A stretch of DNA of 63,455 nt, counting the filler, from Reticulomyxa filosa (taxonomy: Eukaryota > Protista > Foraminifera): the NCBI GenBank assembly GCA_000512085.1. It is 16 parts of 16 records of this genome, joined end to end, with 100 filler letters (N's around TTAATTAATTAA, not from the genome) between each part and the next. Parts side by side here need not be neighbours in the genome. Positions count along the whole stretch, not along the records: positions 59,501 to 61,653 come from ASPP01026949.1; positions 61,754 to 63,455 come from ASPP01005054.1; 14 more parts are not named here. One strand, given 5' to 3'. The notes beneath the pieces are model-generated. The model had not been told where the DNA came from and searched no databases. It was given only the letters and a program-made list of their open reading frames with translations. The translations under genes and the position numbers were made by a program. Of this stretch, positions 59,525 to 63,455 are shown piece by piece; the first letter of the stretch is position 1, and every line of letters begins with the position of its first letter.

Positions 59525-60760
59525 TTTATAAAAAAAAAAAAAAAAAAATTGTTACTTATTTTATTTTTTAAAAAAAAACATTGACTTTTTATCATACTTT
59601 GTGGTAATAGTGTGCATTAATAGATTATTTGGTTCGGCTTTCGATCTTGATTCGGTGGCAGGCATTGCATGAGTTGGAGTATCATGATGTGATCCTATTG
59701 TCGATTTTTTTTTGTTAAGATTGCGCAAAACGGTTAGTGATGAATTATGTTCAAATTGACTCTTTTTTTTTTTTCCACATCTTTTTTGTGTTTGACTTGC
59801 AAGTAGGTGTGATCTTCCTTTTTCTCGCTTTGGATCAAGCATTAGTGATCATGTATGCAATGGACCATGCTCACCGTAGAGAGTGTTTTTGTCATTGCAG
59901 TTTCGAAAGTACCACTCAAAATTGCATCTCTTACGTTTGCTTTTTCCTTTGGTTGAGTGGAATTCGATGGACCACCATGTGCTTGCGCGAATATTGCTCC
60001 CGTCAATATGTTGTTGCCGTTCAGTCGTGTCTAGAGTCCACCTGTCGGCTGTGCACCCGTTTAAACTCATGACCCGCTGAGCTACCTATCTTATTCGATG
60101 TTTTGCTATTTGCTGTAAAAATAAAGTTCGGTTTCGCACGTTAGAAATACTCTTTAAAAAAAAAAACATTTTAAACTTATTTCAACAACAACAATATATA
60201 TTCTGATCAGGATCGTTGATCTAATGATGTAATCAAGGCACGTTCTTTGTAATAACGACTTGTAATGTTCATGCAATGATTTATTTGCGTCTTTTTATTC
60301 GCCGTTTTCGTTTTTCTTATTGTTGTGATCACAAAAAAACCATCATTTTTGATTGTAAACATATTGTCCCAAGACAACTTTGAATATGGATATATTGTTG
60401 TTATTACTTATTATTTGTCTGTTTTTATACAACATTCAACATTTCTAAAGAATATTTATTGGCACATCGCTTACCACGATTTAGAATTTTGTCACTGAAA
60501 CATACAAAAAACGTTTCATACATTCACAAGTTTTTGACAAAGCATGGGGAAAGTTTAGAGTTTGAAAAAATGAGTCACACAAAGATGGAGCAAAACCCCT
60601 TTGAAAATAAGGTATCTCAGTAAAAACAAAAAAGGTATTCTCAAAATTACATATACATTTTTGACAATAAAACGGTACTCAACAATTTTGCATTGCAAGT
60701 TGTGTGTGTGTATTTTTTTTTTTTCCCCTCCTGCTCATTTGATTTAAAAAAAAAAAATCA

Positions 60761-61653
60761 TTAGAAGGGAAGTAAGTGAGCTCGTGGCCTTAGTTCACTA
60801 GTTTCATCCAGCGAAGCTTTTCCTTCAATGACAAACTCTGGATGTCCGACGGCTTTCGCGTCTCCCTCTAAAAATACTCCACGATCCCAAGCGGCAAAAA
60901 TGATTTTTTTGTGATCTCTTCGGAAACAACAAATGAAGCCAATGTTGCTGTCAATATACGGTACTAACTCGTCACTACTCTTTGTAAGTTTTTCTCTTTC
61001 CCATCCTCGAAACCAAAACGCTCTCAGCACAAAAAATATTTGAAACGCGATAAACAGCGCAAGAAATACAAAGAACGCAGTCCCGTCATATTCGCCCAGT
61101 GTTGAAAAGGCTCCGGCAATGCATGACCAAATCGTGGTGAAAAACAAAAAGAAGAAACAAGAAAACGTGTATTCTTCCTATATTATTGGTTGTGTCCATA
61201 TTTTTTTTTTTTTAAAAAAAAAGGGGGTCGATTTACAAAAGAAGCAAACATGCACTCTCGTTTTTTTATTCAAAAAAAAAAAAAATAAACAATATGACAT
61301 AGGGTATACTCTAAACTCACCAGAATTGTAGTGTACTGAATTTTGGGTAATTTTTCAAATACAAGTTGCAAAGTTCCGACATCTGCCAAGAGGAACACCA
61401 CACAATAGTTCAATCGATTTCCCAAATCCGCTGTGTGTGTGTGTGTGTATGTTGTGCAATGGATACAAACGAATTATGTATGAAACATGCACATGCATGC
61501 ATGCATGCACGCACATCACTAAACAAAAAAAAAAAAAAAAAATTGATGGACAAATAGACTAGAAAAATACTTGGATCAAGTGGCAGCGCAAAGGTTCCCA
61601 AACCCAGTGCGAACATGCACAAGGTAATAGCAAAGGTGGTGAGATAACTCCTC
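60761..61653 (-). CDS. Pentameric ligand-gated ion channel transmembrane domain M1-M4 (5' truncated, multi-exon)
   Basis: M1 TFAITLCMFALGLGTFALPLD; M2 and loop DLGNRLNYCVVFLLADVGTLQLVFEKLPKIQYTTIL; M3 EYTFSCFFFLFFTTIWS; M4 DGTAFFVFLALFIAFQIFF. Matches R......LL...LP...Y.T..D.Y. Confidence 0.75.
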
Positions 61654-61919
61654 NNNNNNNNNNNNNNNNNNNNNNNNNNNNNNNNNNNNNNNNNNNNTTA
61701 ATTAATTAANNNNNNNNNNNNNNNNNNNNNNNNNNNNNNNNNNNNNNNNNNNNAATAATAATTATACAATTCCATTCCCGGCCAAATAAGCTTCGTTGAA
61801 ACAATGAGCCAATCAGAAGGCGAGTTTGTCCTGTTCGAATGGTGTTTGTTTGTGACACACGGGCGAAGGAACCAAGTTGAGTGGTTATACCTTGTGTGAA
61901 TGTTGCATATTTGAATTGA

Positions 61920-62160
61920 AAAGAAAAGAGCAAAGAGAAAGAGAAAGAAAAAGAGAAAGAGAAAGTAAAGGAGAAAGAGAAAGTAAAAGAGAAAGTAAAA
62001 GAGAAAGAAAAAGAAAAAGAGAAAGAGAAAGCAAAAGAGAAAGGGAAAGAGAAAGATAAAGGGAAAGAGAAAGAAAAAGAGAAAGAGAAAGTAAAGGAGA
62101 AAGGGAAAGAAAAAGAGAAAGAGAAAGAAAAAGAGAAAGAAAAAGAAAAAGAGAAAGACA
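61920..62160 (+). repeat. Coding (AAAGAG/AAAGAA)n Lys-Glu repeat
   Basis: About 40 hexamer units giving KEKEKE. Confidence 0.9.
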
Positions 62161-63350
62161 ATGACAACGACGACAACGATGATGACGACAACGACGACGA
62201 AGATGCCTCAGGTAAATGATGTAGGAGCAAAAGAAGGAGGTAGTTGTGTACAAAGTGAAGATTGAACGTTAGAAAAATGAACAAAACAAAAACAAAAAAA
62301 AACTAATATAAATATATGCATTAAACAAAGGAGAAAAACAACGGAAAAAACCAACGAAGGCACTGAAAAAATTGGACTGGAACAAAATTGAAGACAAGGA
62401 ATTGGAGAAAGAGTCGCTGAGTATTTGGCACACAATAGACGATAGCGAATTGGAACTCGACACTGCGATGTTGGAGCGGTTGTTTGAAGAAAAAGGAAGA
62501 GCAAAGAAAAATTGCGAAAAGGTGCAAAAAAAAAAAAAAAAAAATTTAGGGGAGGAGGAAAAAAAAGGGGGGGGGGGGGGGACTATGATAAAACTGGAAT
62601 AATTTTTTTACATATAAGAACAAAAAAAAATTGGGGGTCTTGATGATGATCATGAAGGGGGAGAAAAAAAAGAAAAAGAAAAATCGCAAACAAAGAATGA
62701 AGCAACGCAAACATTGAAATTAAAGCCAAAGAACGCCACCGGAACAGCATCCGCAAGCGCAAGCACAAGCACAAGCACAAGTGCGGCCACATCCTCGTCT
62801 GCATCCGCCTCGGCAAAAAAGCCGGTGAAAAAAACCAAAGAGGAAAAGAATGACGACGAAAACGAGAACGCAGAGGACGACAATGGCGACGACGATGAGA
62901 AGAATGAACAGGACGATGGGAATGACGGTAACAATGAGGCGACGAAGGAAGAAGAGGAAGAGGAAGAAGAGGAGGACGGAGATAAGGAGGAGAAGAGGAG
63001 GAAGATGGTGGGGAAAAGGAAGAGAATAAAAGAAGAAGAAGAAGAAGAATGATGATGAAGATGACGACGAAGATGAAGATGATGACGAAGATGATGATGA
63101 AGATGACGACGATGAAGTAGACACAAAGAGGACATTTTTGCTATCGAAAATTCAAAGAGATCAGATCATCAAAGATCCTTCTGTGTATGCTCAAATCCAA
63201 CAGGATTTGCATCGACTGTGCAATTTGACTTTTACTGACAAATCTCGCCAACTGGTGGCTGAGTCTCCCACCTATAACAAACTGATGATGAGTGTTTATA
63301 AGTTGGAAAGACGAATGGGAATTCTATGGATGCCTGAGGAAGTCCAAGGT
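61920..63350 (+). CDS. Formin-like protein, start of a divergent FH2 domain (both ends truncated)
   Basis: KPTKALKKLDWNKIEDKELEKESLSIWHTIDDSELELDTAMLERLF is the FH2 lasso (LK.L.W.KI....SIW......LD...LE.LF). VDTKRTFLL follows a long acidic insert. Confidence 0.6.
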
Positions 63351-63455
63351 TTTTTATTATTATTATTACTGATTACTTTTGTTTAAAAATAAATATATAT
63401 GGTCATTTCACTACAAAAAAAAAAAAAACAAAAAAAAAAAAAAGGAATAATGTAT

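Noticed and set aside
60040-60095. Minus-strand TAGCTCAGCGG...GAGTTTAAAC resembling Pol III A/B boxes
   Set aside because: Spacing is too short and no cloverleaf can be folded. Insufficient for a tRNA or SINE call.
61706-63135. Minus-strand Ser/Phe/Leu-rich ORFs
   Set aside because: Reverse complement of the KE and acidic coding repeats.

Overview
This is not one contiguous locus. It is 16 short contigs joined by 15 identical artificial 100-nt spacers (N44-TTAATTAATTAA-N44, with stops in all six frames). Fifteen contigs are AT-rich, intron-rich eukaryotic DNA with short GT-AG introns, microsatellites and many decayed gene copies. The style, especially a characteristic WD40 pseudogene family, resembles the freshwater foraminiferan Reticulomyxa filosa (inference from recall, not a search). 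One contig (42226-43535) is high-GC bacterial DNA. Recognisable genes: a PDZ-like exon, RAD17, a Cys-rich secreted repeat protein, a CD36/LIMP-II receptor, a rolling-stone/AIG1-like protein, a DUF1757-like protein, an FSH1/OVCA2 hydrolase, a PPR-like helical protein, a large Pumilio (PUF) protein with a RING-like N-terminal remnant, two orphan 7TM receptors, HGD, part of a giant propeller-containing protein, a GHMP sugar kinase-GalU-like fusion, RMC1/Mic1, a Stc1-like zinc-finger protein, prolyl 4-hydroxylase, a DHHC palmitoyltransferase tail, a tandem CaMK-type kinase, a tRNA 3' fragment, a pentameric ligand-gated channel TM domain and a formin-like FH2 start. Best candidates for new biology: (1) the intron-bearing sugar-kinase/nucleotidyltransferase fusion whose NTP-binding motif is destroyed while its sugar-phosphate motifs are kept; (2) the PUF protein with a rewritten RNA code in repeats 1-5 and a possible RING (and perhaps PPR) partner; (3) the dual-kinase polypeptide; (4) the giant protein possibly of a GTPase family. 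All family calls are by-eye motif recognition and exon boundaries are manual.
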